Assembly (NCBI GenBank): GCA_947628855.1 | Contig: CANRBM010000002.1 | Location: 4,884 to 68,883 of the forward strand | Origin: an uncultured Clostridia bacterium | GTDB lineage: Bacteria > Bacillota > Clostridia > Christensenellales > CAG-917 | Length of the DNA: 64,000 nt | Direction: 5' to 3' | In this document: in pieces, positions 54,901 through 62,900 of the stretch | Layout: every line of letters begins with the position of its first letter | Position numbering within the stretch: the first letter of the stretch is position 1 | Program-made: the position numbers and the translations under genes | The notes under the pieces: model-generated | Told to the model about the DNA's origin: nothing | Databases searched by the model: none | The model's input: only the letters and a program-made list of their open reading frames with translations

Positions 54901-55237
54901 ACTGTTGTACAAGACGGACGACGGCACGACATATGTGCACGGCGGCATAGCTTATTATGGCGGGGGGCGCAACTACTCTTTGATAGACTTGTCCGAATTC
55001 AAATCCGAGCTGAACAATCTGTCTCATATAAACATCAATATAGAGCAATTCTCGACATCAAGCAACCAAACCACGTCCAAGCAGACGCGTCTGTTACCAC
55101 TCGCTTCCGGAACCCACGATTTCAACTTCTGGCTGTATGCCGCCGACAGCGACAACAATTACGCCAAACAGGAAAGCGATATTGCGAACGGCACAAAATA
55201 TACCGGCGTGACCAAAGTTCCTTTATTTTCCGAATGA
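51947..55237 (+). CDS. 1096-aa N-terminally anchored surface protein with Big_2-like and beta-helix-like regions
   Basis: The ATG overlaps the permease stop (TGATG). N-terminal TM MRKLVIALIIVLPMVFVLVLF. Big_2-like TLESDNPEVLTINQDGEIGYIEALSEGTANVTATSKDKGFTASVPVVV. Beta-helix-like NCAFLIRTDGVKLYGVNLRGCSDD...INADCDIINCRLQNGRNVVRAYGG. Confidence 0.8.
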   Translation: MRKLVIALIIVLPMVFVLVLFSSANLVSISVKVSVNGIQIFADGDPLPEGEALYVDMADMEDHMVRAEVTPANAFEKGFTLESDNPEVLTINQDGEIGYIEALSEGTANVTATSKDKGFTASVPVVVTSSKAYGVDFSLYDGDGNVVKMNYNANNSTYTVAGEIAAGTYTYKVDIEGGDSKEYTLKAEDEIKAIINEGEESIMFPFSDDATLKLEVPDAIVNGMTGQTMTRTIKLNVAKAQSASGMIVNGVADGNTVLLAEGADKATMYVECAGEPELTGEGIASVRCLVHGTSTQPQAMSADENTRAASGNYHKLEVTLKDGYRQGELHAELKAGGKSVPVKLSFEKFDFNLRAPIMREDVAGFGTVILKDTVTTMYAVPAVSVQDVEYVWETDAASLELKPARNGAECAFTASVDGEYGVSVQAKRNGENLGAAKQLNVTVTTKVNSVWINNSTVVDLAERYTVGGKKFAENGEIVDNDGYAIRIMVSKKGSTPHPNDYEGIEVVSSNEEIASVTMRDGMACLDIKGDGAIEVTARWKYNEEFGGKATSAIKLNVVKDAVEVSNYPNLRTATENGHKVVLTNNIMLGSDKNGQELPLEERQQIAAEHKYNSTYNTAWYKQKNNLDKAKVMYALEFKADVYGNGKYLDAEYFTNAVDGTGRPLIFTGPLSFVGFGEDQYSAARVAAQDNCAFLIRTDGVKLYGVNLRGCSDDSLYEGNNYELNHLNYVGTTLEINADCDIINCRLQNGRNVVRAYGGNRNADLDSMSYYINSVPNFDIADADRIIVNIKGCILTQSREFIVKLGVNRAIKGSRANTAHPELRDENNRAYKETTKKISVQDDAGNVHPKTVGTNQYDITNDEFFYKRYVMTDLTLEDSVLETSGLFCIGVESNFAGEVLTDGCSSSLYAGKLKTEGWANSGGTSFASMLRLVGDVRMYDWKDVSQVDSSTLIESGNGSGDPLGGILSFNISAMLQEVDGQDEYAKLLYKTDDGTTYVHGGIAYYGGGRNYSLIDLSEFKSELNNLSHININIEQFSTSSNQTTSKQTRLLPLASGTHDFNFWLYAADSDNNYAKQESDIANGTKYTGVTKVPLFSE

Positions 55238-55292
55238 TATTGCTTGGGAGTGCAGAGGGACGGAGTCCCTTTGTAAAAAAGAAAATAAAACA

Positions 55293-55335
55293 CCAAACAT
55301 AAAGCGGAGCGCCTCGCGCTCCGCTTTATGTTTGG
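55293..55335. terminator. Long hairpin terminator between convergent operons
   Basis: CCAAACATAAAGCGGAGCG-CCT-CGCGCTCCGCTTTATGTTTGG (about 19-bp stem). The T-rich tract lies on the minus-strand side, which serves trxB-like/nrdD. Confidence 0.7.
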
Positions 55336-55382
55336 GTATAAAAGGGGGATAAAATATATATTCAAGTTAGTCCGAGCGATAT

Positions 55383-55467
55383 CGGGGTCCCCATAAAATT
55401 GTGCAGCGATTTTATGGGGTATTAAATCGGGGCCCTCCGCAAAATTACGCAGTGATTTTATGGGGTA
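55383..55467 (-). repeat. Two tandem IMR module-H hairpins, reverse orientation; the second overlaps the trxB-like 3' end
   Basis: CGGGGTCCCCATAAAATTGTGCAGCGATTTTATGGGGTA (55383-55421) and CGGGGCCCTCCGCAAAATTACGCAGTGATTTTATGGGGTA (55428-55467). Confidence 0.8.
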
Positions 55468-56380
55468 TAGCATCAACGTACGCGCAGGCGGCGTAGGCGG
55501 CGACGGTACCGTCGGAGGCGGCGGTCACAAGCTGGCGTATCTTTTTGGTGCGGCAATCGCCCGCGGCGAATACGCCCTCGCAAGAGGTAGTGCAACTCTC
55601 GTCCGAGATTATATATCCTTTGGCGTCGAGCGCAACGAGGTCTTTGAAAGGCTCGTTTTGAGGGATCTGTCCCACGCAGATGAACGCGCATTTGCAGTCC
55701 ACGGTGTAGGGCGCGCCCGTGAGAGTATTCTCGAATCGGAGAGAGGATAGCTCATCCTCGCCGACAAACTCCTTGAGGGAGATATTGTAGGTGACGTCGA
55801 CATTGGGCTTTGACAGCACGAGGTCGATGAGCGCCTTATCCGCGAAAAGGCGGTCGAAGAGGGCGCAAATGTGCACCTGTCTGCAATATCCCGCAAGCAG
55901 CAGAGCATATTGCAGGGCGGTATTGGCGTCGCCTATGACCGCAACGTCCTCGCCCTTAAAGAATGCGCCGTCGCAAAGCGCACAGTAGCTTACGCCGTTG
56001 CCGACGAGCTCTTCCTCGCGCTCCACTCCTATTTTGCGATGCTTACAGCCCGTTGCGAGAATGACGGAATAACAGTTGTATGTCGCATAATCCGTAGTTA
56101 CAGTGAACGTTTTGTCACCTTTAACTACCGATTTTGCATTTTCAAGTTCTATCTGCGCGCCCCATTGCTCTATCTGCGAGTACAGCTTGTCCATGAGCTC
56201 CGCGCCCGACGCGACGGGGTAGGACGGGAAATTTTCCACGCGCGGCGAGAGGGCTATCTGCCCTCCGAAATTCTCTCCCTCGAGCACGAGTACTGTCTTG
56301 CCCGCGCGGAGGCAGTTGAGCGCCGCAGTCATGCCCGCAGGCCCCGCGCCTATAATGATGATGTCGAAATGCTTTGGCAT
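55445..56380 (-). CDS. Thioredoxin-reductase-like flavoprotein lacking canonical NADPH-binding motifs
   Basis: ORF 55445..56422, start trimmed to ATG 56380 (MPKHFDIIIIGAGPAG). FAD motif GAGPAG and redox CALCDG. By-eye alignment to E. coli TrxB shows GGGNTAVEEA replaced by GDANTALQYA and HRRDGFR replaced by ALFDRLF. Confidence 0.8.
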   Translation of the reverse strand: MPKHFDIIIIGAGPAGMTAALNCLRAGKTVLVLEGENFGGQIALSPRVENFPSYPVASGAELMDKLYSQIEQWGAQIELENAKSVVKGDKTFTVTTDYATYNCYSVILATGCKHRKIGVEREEELVGNGVSYCALCDGAFFKGEDVAVIGDANTALQYALLLAGYCRQVHICALFDRLFADKALIDLVLSKPNVDVTYNISLKEFVGEDELSSLRFENTLTGAPYTVDCKCAFICVGQIPQNEPFKDLVALDAKGYIISDESCTTSCEGVFAAGDCRTKKIRQLVTAASDGTVAAYAACAYVDAIPHKITA

Positions 56381-56437
56381 AATTGTCCTTTTTATGAAAT
56401 GAGCGGGCATTTGCCCGCCCATGCGAATTTGTCTATA

Positions 56438-58876
56438 TTACTTTGCGCTCTCGATGTAGCCCTTGATCTTGCTCGCGTTGTCGTAGGCTGTATATCCGCC
56501 CTTGCCGTCGGGGACGAGCAGGGTGGGAGCCTTCTTGACGCCGTAGGACTTCGTGACGTCCGCGTTGTCCTCCGCGTCGATGACGGTGTAGCCTATGCCC
56601 GCCTTGTCCAGCATGGCCTTTGCCATCTTGCAGTTGGGGCAGGTCTTAGTCGTGAAGATGAGCAACCCGTTGTCGTTCGTGGCGGGAGCGGCGGGAGCTT
56701 GCTTTTCTTCGGCTTTCTTTTCCGCCTCTATTTCGAGGCGCCCCTTGAGCATGGGAGCCTCCTCGCAGCAGACGTGCTCATTAATTGGCTTGCCGTGATA
56801 TTGCGACGTGGCGATGTCGTACACCTTGCGCTCCTTGAACTCGGCGACTTTGCCGTCGTTCCAGTTTTGGACGGGACGATAGTAGCCCGTTATGCGGCTG
56901 TACACTTCCGTCTTTTTGCCGCAGATGGGGCAGGTGTATTGCTCGCCCACGAGATAGCCGTGATCCGCGCAAATGGAGTATGTCGGCGAGAGGGTGTAAT
57001 AGGGCAGTTTGTAGTTTTCGGCGATCTTGCGCACGAGGTTTGCCGCCGCCTGCCAGCTGTCCATTCTCTGTCCGAGGAAGGCGTGGAAAACGGTGCCCGA
57101 CGTGTACAGCGTTTGCAGGTCGTCCTGTATATCCAGCGCCTCGAAGATGTCCGCGGTGTAGCCGACGGGCAGGTGCGAGCTGTTGGTGTAGTAGGGAGTG
57201 TTGTCCGCAGACTTCGCGCAGATGATGTTGGGATATTTCTCGCGGTCATGCTTTGCGAGGCGGTAGGACGTGGATTCCGCGGGCGTAGCCTCGAGGTTGT
57301 ACAGATCGCCGTACTGCTCTTGATAGTCGGAAAGTTTGTTGCGCATGAAGTTGAGGGTCTTCTTTGTAAACTCCTGCGCCTCCTTGTGCGTGAGGTCGCA
57401 GCCTATCCAGCGCGCGTTGAGGCACGCCTCGTTCATGCCGACGAGACCGATCGTCGAGAAGTGGTTCGCGAAAGTGCCGAGATAGCGTTTCGTGTAGGGA
57501 TACAGCCCTTCCTCAAGCAACTTGGTGATGACGTTACGCTTGATCTTGAGGGAGCGCGCCGCTATGTTCATGAGGTGCTCGAGCTCTTTGAAATACTCCT
57601 CTTCCGTCGTCGCGACGTATGCTATGCGCGGCATATTTATTGTGACGACGCCGACGGAGCCCGTAGACTCGCCGCTGCCGAAGAAGCCGCCCGACTTTTT
57701 GCGGAGTTCGCGAAGGTCGAGGCGCAGACGGCAGCACATACTGCGCACGTCGCTCGGCTCCATATCGCTGTTGATGTAGTTGGAGAAGTAGGGAGTGCCG
57801 TATTTTGCGGTCATTGTGAAGAGCAGACGGTTGTTCTCCGTATCCGACCAGTCGAAGTCGCGCGTGATGGAGTAAGTCGGGATGGGATATTGGAAGCCGC
57901 GTCCGTTCGCGTCGCCCTCTATCATTATCTCGATGAACGCCTTGTTTATCATGCGCATCTCGTCCACGCAATCCTTATACTTGAAGTCCATCTCCTTGCC
58001 GCCCACGATAGCGGGGAGTTCGGCGAGGTCGTTTGGCACCACCCAGTCCAGCGTAACGTTTGTGAAAGGCGCTTGCGTGCCCCAGCGCGACGGAGTGTTG
58101 ACGCCGTAGATGAAGGACTGTATGCACTGCTTGACCTCTTTATAGGTGAGGTGATCGACTTTGACGAAGGGAGCGAGATAGGTATCGAAGCTGCTGAAAG
58201 CCTGCGCGCCAGCCCACTCGTTCTGCATGATGCCGAGGAAGTTGACCATCTGGTTGCACAGCGTGGAGAGGTGGCTTGCGGGAGCGGACGTTATCTTGCC
58301 GGGTATGCCGCCGAGGCCCTCTTTTATGAGCTGTTTTAAAGACCAGCCCGCGCAGTAGCCCGTAAGCATGCTCAAATCGTGCAGGTGTATCTTCGCCTCG
58401 CGGTGCGCGTTTGCAATTTCGTCGTCGTAGATCTCGCTCAACCAATAGTTCGCCGTGACGGCGCCGCTGTTGGAGAGGATAAGTCCGCCTACGGAGTAGG
58501 ACACCGTAGAGTTCTCCTTGACGCGCCAGTCGTTGATCTTCAGATAGTTGTCGACGGTGTTCTTGTAGTCGATGAGCGTGGAGTGCACGTCGCGCAACTT
58601 CTGATGTTGTTTTCTATATAGAATATATGCTTTTGCTACTTCTACATAGCTTGACTGGATGAGGACGACTTCCACAGCGTCCTGCACGTCCTCGACCGTG
58701 ACGACGTCGTCAACGATCTTGCTGTTGAAGGTCGCGGTCACTCGAAGCGCCAAAAGATCGAGAATGTCGTCGTTGTAGTTTTTGCCGACGGCGGCAAACG
58801 CCTTCTCGATAGCGACCTTTATTTTGTTGAGGTTGAACGGGACTATGCTCCCGTCTCTTTTTTTGACGTTTAACAT
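56438..58876 (-). CDS. nrdD: Anaerobic (class III) ribonucleoside-triphosphate reductase fused to a C-terminal glutaredoxin/NrdH-like domain
   Basis: 812 aa. N-terminal ATP-cone. Zinc ribbon CADHG...CPICGK. Glycyl-radical motif SRITGYYRPV. Then a Lys/Glu/Ala linker and a thioredoxin-fold domain LLIFTTKTCPNCKMAKAMLDKAGIGYTVIDAEDN. Confidence 0.9.
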   Translation of the reverse strand: MLNVKKRDGSIVPFNLNKIKVAIEKAFAAVGKNYNDDILDLLALRVTATFNSKIVDDVVTVEDVQDAVEVVLIQSSYVEVAKAYILYRKQHQKLRDVHSTLIDYKNTVDNYLKINDWRVKENSTVSYSVGGLILSNSGAVTANYWLSEIYDDEIANAHREAKIHLHDLSMLTGYCAGWSLKQLIKEGLGGIPGKITSAPASHLSTLCNQMVNFLGIMQNEWAGAQAFSSFDTYLAPFVKVDHLTYKEVKQCIQSFIYGVNTPSRWGTQAPFTNVTLDWVVPNDLAELPAIVGGKEMDFKYKDCVDEMRMINKAFIEIMIEGDANGRGFQYPIPTYSITRDFDWSDTENNRLLFTMTAKYGTPYFSNYINSDMEPSDVRSMCCRLRLDLRELRKKSGGFFGSGESTGSVGVVTINMPRIAYVATTEEEYFKELEHLMNIAARSLKIKRNVITKLLEEGLYPYTKRYLGTFANHFSTIGLVGMNEACLNARWIGCDLTHKEAQEFTKKTLNFMRNKLSDYQEQYGDLYNLEATPAESTSYRLAKHDREKYPNIICAKSADNTPYYTNSSHLPVGYTADIFEALDIQDDLQTLYTSGTVFHAFLGQRMDSWQAAANLVRKIAENYKLPYYTLSPTYSICADHGYLVGEQYTCPICGKKTEVYSRITGYYRPVQNWNDGKVAEFKERKVYDIATSQYHGKPINEHVCCEEAPMLKGRLEIEAEKKAEEKQAPAAPATNDNGLLIFTTKTCPNCKMAKAMLDKAGIGYTVIDAEDNADVTKSYGVKKAPTLLVPDGKGGYTAYDNASKIKGYIESAK

Positions 58877-58909
58877 CTTTGAACCCCTCTTAGGAAAATT
58901 TGCTTTTTC

Positions 58910-58937
58910 ATTGTAACACGCTATCCACAGATGTCAA
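58910..58937 (-). promoter_or_regulatory. nrdD promoter
   Basis: On the minus strand: TTGACA (58937-58932), 16 nt, TACAAT (58915-58910), about 30 nt upstream of ATG 58876. Confidence 0.55.
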
Positions 58938-58944
58938 GGGAAAA

Positions 58945-58992
58945 ACGCAAAATAGTGTGTGAAACATTTTTGCGAAACACAACATATTGTAG
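58945..58992 (-). promoter_or_regulatory. Two candidate NrdR boxes
   Basis: On the minus strand: CTACAATATGTTGTGT (58992-58977) and ACACACTATTTTGCGT (58960-58945). Each matches about 13/16 positions of the NrdR-box consensus acaCwAtATaTwGtgt. Centre-to-centre distance is 32 bp, the usual tandem spacing, and the pair abuts the -35 box. Confidence 0.5.
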
Positions 58993-59270
58993 TTTTGTTG
59001 ATTTTTGGCATTTTTGGTCATTTCCAAAAAAAGCCATATTTCGGCAATGTATCAAGCTCGATTTTGAGTTTTGGACATTCTAATTGCATATGCAAAATTT
59101 CCTTGCATAACGTAAACAAATTTTATTCTCCTGTGCGCGAGAAAAAATTCCGTTGACAAACAAATTTTCCTCGCAATAAAATAAGAGCGACGCTACCTCG
59201 TCGCGATCTAAAGAGAGAGCGATAACATTTCGTACAAAAATAAAACCAAATCGATAAAGAGGCAAAAATT

Positions 59271-59738
59271 ATGGACAGGATCGCAAGTTTTTCCATCGAC
59301 CATCTCAAGCTCGAGCTCGGGCTATACGTATCGCGCAAGGACAGCAGGGACGGACTGACTGTGACGACCTTCGACCTGCGTATGCGCCGCCCCAACCGCG
59401 AACCCGTCATGGATACCGCCGCTCTGCACACGATAGAGCACCTCGGCGCGACGTATCTGCGCAATTGCCCGCGCAAGGATGAGATAGTCTATTTCGGGCC
59501 CATGGGCTGCCGCACGGGGTGCTATCTTGTGATGTTCGGCGACTTGACGTCGAAGGACGTTTACGACCTGGTGCTTAATATGTGCCGATTTATTATCGCC
59601 TATGAGGGAGATATCCCCGGCGCGAGACCCGCCGAGTGCGGCAACTACCTCGACCAGAATTTGAGCATGGCAAAGTATTATACGAGGTTATACCTTGACG
59701 CTTTAGAGCACTCTCCGCACCTCGAGTACGGCAAATGA
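59271..59738 (+). CDS. luxS: S-ribosylhomocysteine lyase
   Basis: 155 aa. HTIEHLGATY metal site and GPMGCRTGCY catalytic Cys region. Confidence 0.95.
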   Translation: MDRIASFSIDHLKLELGLYVSRKDSRDGLTVTTFDLRMRRPNREPVMDTAALHTIEHLGATYLRNCPRKDEIVYFGPMGCRTGCYLVMFGDLTSKDVYDLVLNMCRFIIAYEGDIPGARPAECGNYLDQNLSMAKYYTRLYLDALEHSPHLEYGK

Positions 59739-59883
59739 GCCGCGTCCCTCGTTAAAAGCCTCCCGCTGAGAGCGTCTTGCACAGGAGCTCGACGGATAGG
59801 CAATTTAAGCGCGCAAAAATCGATGAGGTACGACAAATTTGTCAAAAACACGCGTTTGGCGCGAGAGATTTTAGGATAACTAA

Positions 59884-59912
59884 TTGACTAATATATAACG
59901 TTAAGTTATAAT
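59884..59912 (+). promoter_or_regulatory. Promoter abutting the sensor-kinase start codon (possible leaderless mRNA)
   Basis: TTGACT (59884-59889), 17 nt, TATAAT (59907-59912). ATG 59919 lies 6 nt after the -10 box and no Shine-Dalgarno sequence intervenes. Confidence 0.5.
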
Positions 59913-59918
59913 ATCGCT

Positions 59919-62900
59919 ATGAAATTCAGAAGAATATTATCCTTTACGTTGTTTATCGTCATGCTGGTTTCATGTATGGCGCTTGTCATATTTCCGCTTT
60001 CGACAGACGTTGCGGAGGCGGCCTCCTCCGCGAAAACGGTCAAGGTCGGCTTTTTTGCGTTTTCGGGATATCACATTATGGATGAGTCCGGAAAGCGCAG
60101 CGGATACGGCTACGAGTTTTTGCAGCTCCTCGCAAGATATCTCGACTGGGAATTTGAGTATGTAGGGTATGAAAAGTCTTATGCGGATAGCGTGCAAGAC
60201 CTTAAAGACGGCAAAATCGACATTCTCACTTCCGTATCCTGGAATGAGGAGCGTGGCGACGTTTTCCTGTTCTCAGAAAAGGATATAGGCACCAACTCCA
60301 CCATCTTCACCGTAAAAGCGGGCAATACGAATGTCATCAAGGACGATTACACCACATATAACGGGTTGAAAATAGGTATGCTCAAAGGCAATTCCAAAAA
60401 CGCGACGTTTAAGGATTTTGCCGAAAAGGAAGGCTTTACATATATTGAGACGTTCTACGAGACCGAATCGGAGCTTTCCGCCGCGCTCGCAAGCGGAGAG
60501 GTGGACGGCATAGTTTCGGGCAGTCTCAGGGCGATGGGCGACGAATGGTTGATCGAATCCCTTGACCCGCAATCTTTCTATATTTGCACGTCAAAAAAGA
60601 GAGCAGACGGGCAAGAACTGATGGACGCCATCAACGTCGCTATAGAAGAACTCGATTTGCAGGAGCCCGATTGGCGCAATGTGCTTAAAAACAAATATTA
60701 TTCAACCGCCAAAAACGGCGAGATAATCGTCACAAACGAGGAGCGCTCGTGGATAGAGGAACACAAGGACAGCAAACTTAAAGTGCTGTTCAACCCCGAC
60801 AGAAAGCCCTACTCATACTTTGAAAACGGCGAAGCGAAGGGCATTTTCCCCGCGCTGTTTGTCAAAATGACCGAGAAATTGGGGCTCCAATATGAATACG
60901 TTCAAGCGAAGGATCGCAAAGATTATTATGAGTTGCGCAAATCGCCCGATATCGACATAGTCATAGACTTCACGGACGACATGTTCATTGCCGAGGAAGC
61001 GGGCTACAAGATAACCGATGTGTATTACACGACCACGCACACCATGATAAAGAGGAATGACACAAAGGGCACGCCCACCAAATTCGCCACTGTCACCTAT
61101 GCGGACAACTACTATTCGGGCTATCTTGAACACTACGTCGGCGACGGCACGCAGTACAAAGGCTACAATTCGCTTGAGGAGAGCATCAATGCGGTCAAGA
61201 GAGGCGACTGCGACGCTACGATCGCGCTATCCTACGTCGCAGAGCTGTTTATATGGCAGGACAAAAACAACGAGTTGGCGTCCGAACTTATCGGCGAGGC
61301 GTCCACCAGCTATACCATTGGCGTAAACAACAAGGAGGGAGCGCACATTCTGCTGTCCATCCTCAACAAATGCGTCGCAGGTATGGACAAAGGCACGACT
61401 TCCTCGATAGTCAACGCGGAAGTCACCAAATTCCGTCCCAACGTCTCCGGCGGGCTTATCTATTTTCTCAGAAGAAATCCCGGATATATCGCGGTAATAG
61501 TGGCGGTAGCGTTGATCTTACTGTTTGCGATCGCCATGCTTGCCGTGAGAAGTGTGAACCAGCGCAGACTCAAACAAAAAATTGCCGAAGCCACCTCGCA
61601 ACTCGAAGCGCAGAAGGAGGAATTGGCGCAAGCGTTGCATGCCGCGGACGCCGCAAACCGCTCCAAAACCACCTTCCTCAACAACATGTCCCACGACATT
61701 CGCACTCCTATGAACGCTATAATAGGCTTTACGGCGCTCGCCACAACGCACCTTGACAACAGGGAGCGCGCGCTCGATTATCTTGGCAAAATTTCGCAGG
61801 CGTCAAATCATTTGCTTTCCCTCATAAACGATGTGCTTGACATGAGCAGGATAGAGAGCGGCAAGGTGCACATCGACGAGCGTCCCGAAAACCTTGCGGA
61901 TATTTTGCAAGGCATCAGAAACATCATACAATCCGACATACATTCCAAGCATTTGGAGCTGTTTATCGACATCGTGGACGTCACCAACGAGGAGATCTAT
62001 TGCGACAAACTCAGGCTCAATCAGATATTGCTCAACCTCACCTCAAACGCTATCAAGTTCACCAAGAGCGGCGGCTCCGTGGCAATAAAAGTCACACAAA
62101 AACCTTCCGAAAAAGAGGGCTTTGGCAAGTATGAATTCAGCGTTAAGGATACAGGTATCGGCATGAGCAAAGAATTTGTCTCGACCGTATTCGATCCGTT
62201 TACGCGCGAGAGGAACTCTACCGTCAGCGGCATACAGGGCACAGGTCTCGGCATGGCGATCACAAAGAATATCGTGGACATGATGGGCGGCGAGATCACC
62301 GTGGAAAGCGAGCAGGGCGTAGGCACCGAGTTTTGCGTTAAGCTTGAGTTCAAATTCGCCGACGCCGACGAGGAGCTCATGTCGCTCAACGAGCTGCACG
62401 GGCTGTATTCGCTTGTCGTAGACGATGATCTTGTTTCCTGCCAAAGCGTGTCCAAGATGCTCCGCGACATAGGAATGCACGCCGAATGGACCATGACGGG
62501 CAAGGAAGCCGTCGTCCGCACTGCGGAAGCAATAGAGCTCGGTCACCCCTTCGAGGTGTACATCATCGACTGGGCTATGCCCGATATGGACGGCATTGCC
62601 ACCGTTAAGCAGATACGCGCAATAATCGGCAACGAATCGCCCATCATCCTCATGTCCGCCTACGATTGGGCGGACATCGAGAAGGAAGCTCGCGAAGCGG
62701 GCGTAACGGGATTTGTCAGCAAACCGCTGTTTGCGTCCGACCTGCACCGTGCGCTTGAAAGGAGCTTGGGCAAAGCTCCCGCGCCCGTCGAACCCGAAGT
62801 CGTAAACCGCTCATTCAAAGGGAAGAGGATACTCCTCGCAGAGGACAATGAGCTCAACAGAGAGATCGCCGAGGAAATATTGACCGAGGCGGGATTCGAG

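Noticed and set aside
38555-55237. Calling the tRNA-adjacent region a prophage, ICE or genomic island
   Set aside because: The window has no integrase, recombinase, transposase, or phage or conjugation genes. The second tRNA 3'-end copy lies only 170 bp from the first, not at the far end of the locus. Accessory status is plausible, but mobility cannot be supported.
55871-58339. 822-aa plus-strand ORF antisense to nrdD and the trxB-like gene
   Set aside because: Same explanation. It is codon-aligned with both minus-strand genes, which happen to share a frame. It has no RBS or motif, and its composition is typical of antisense translation.
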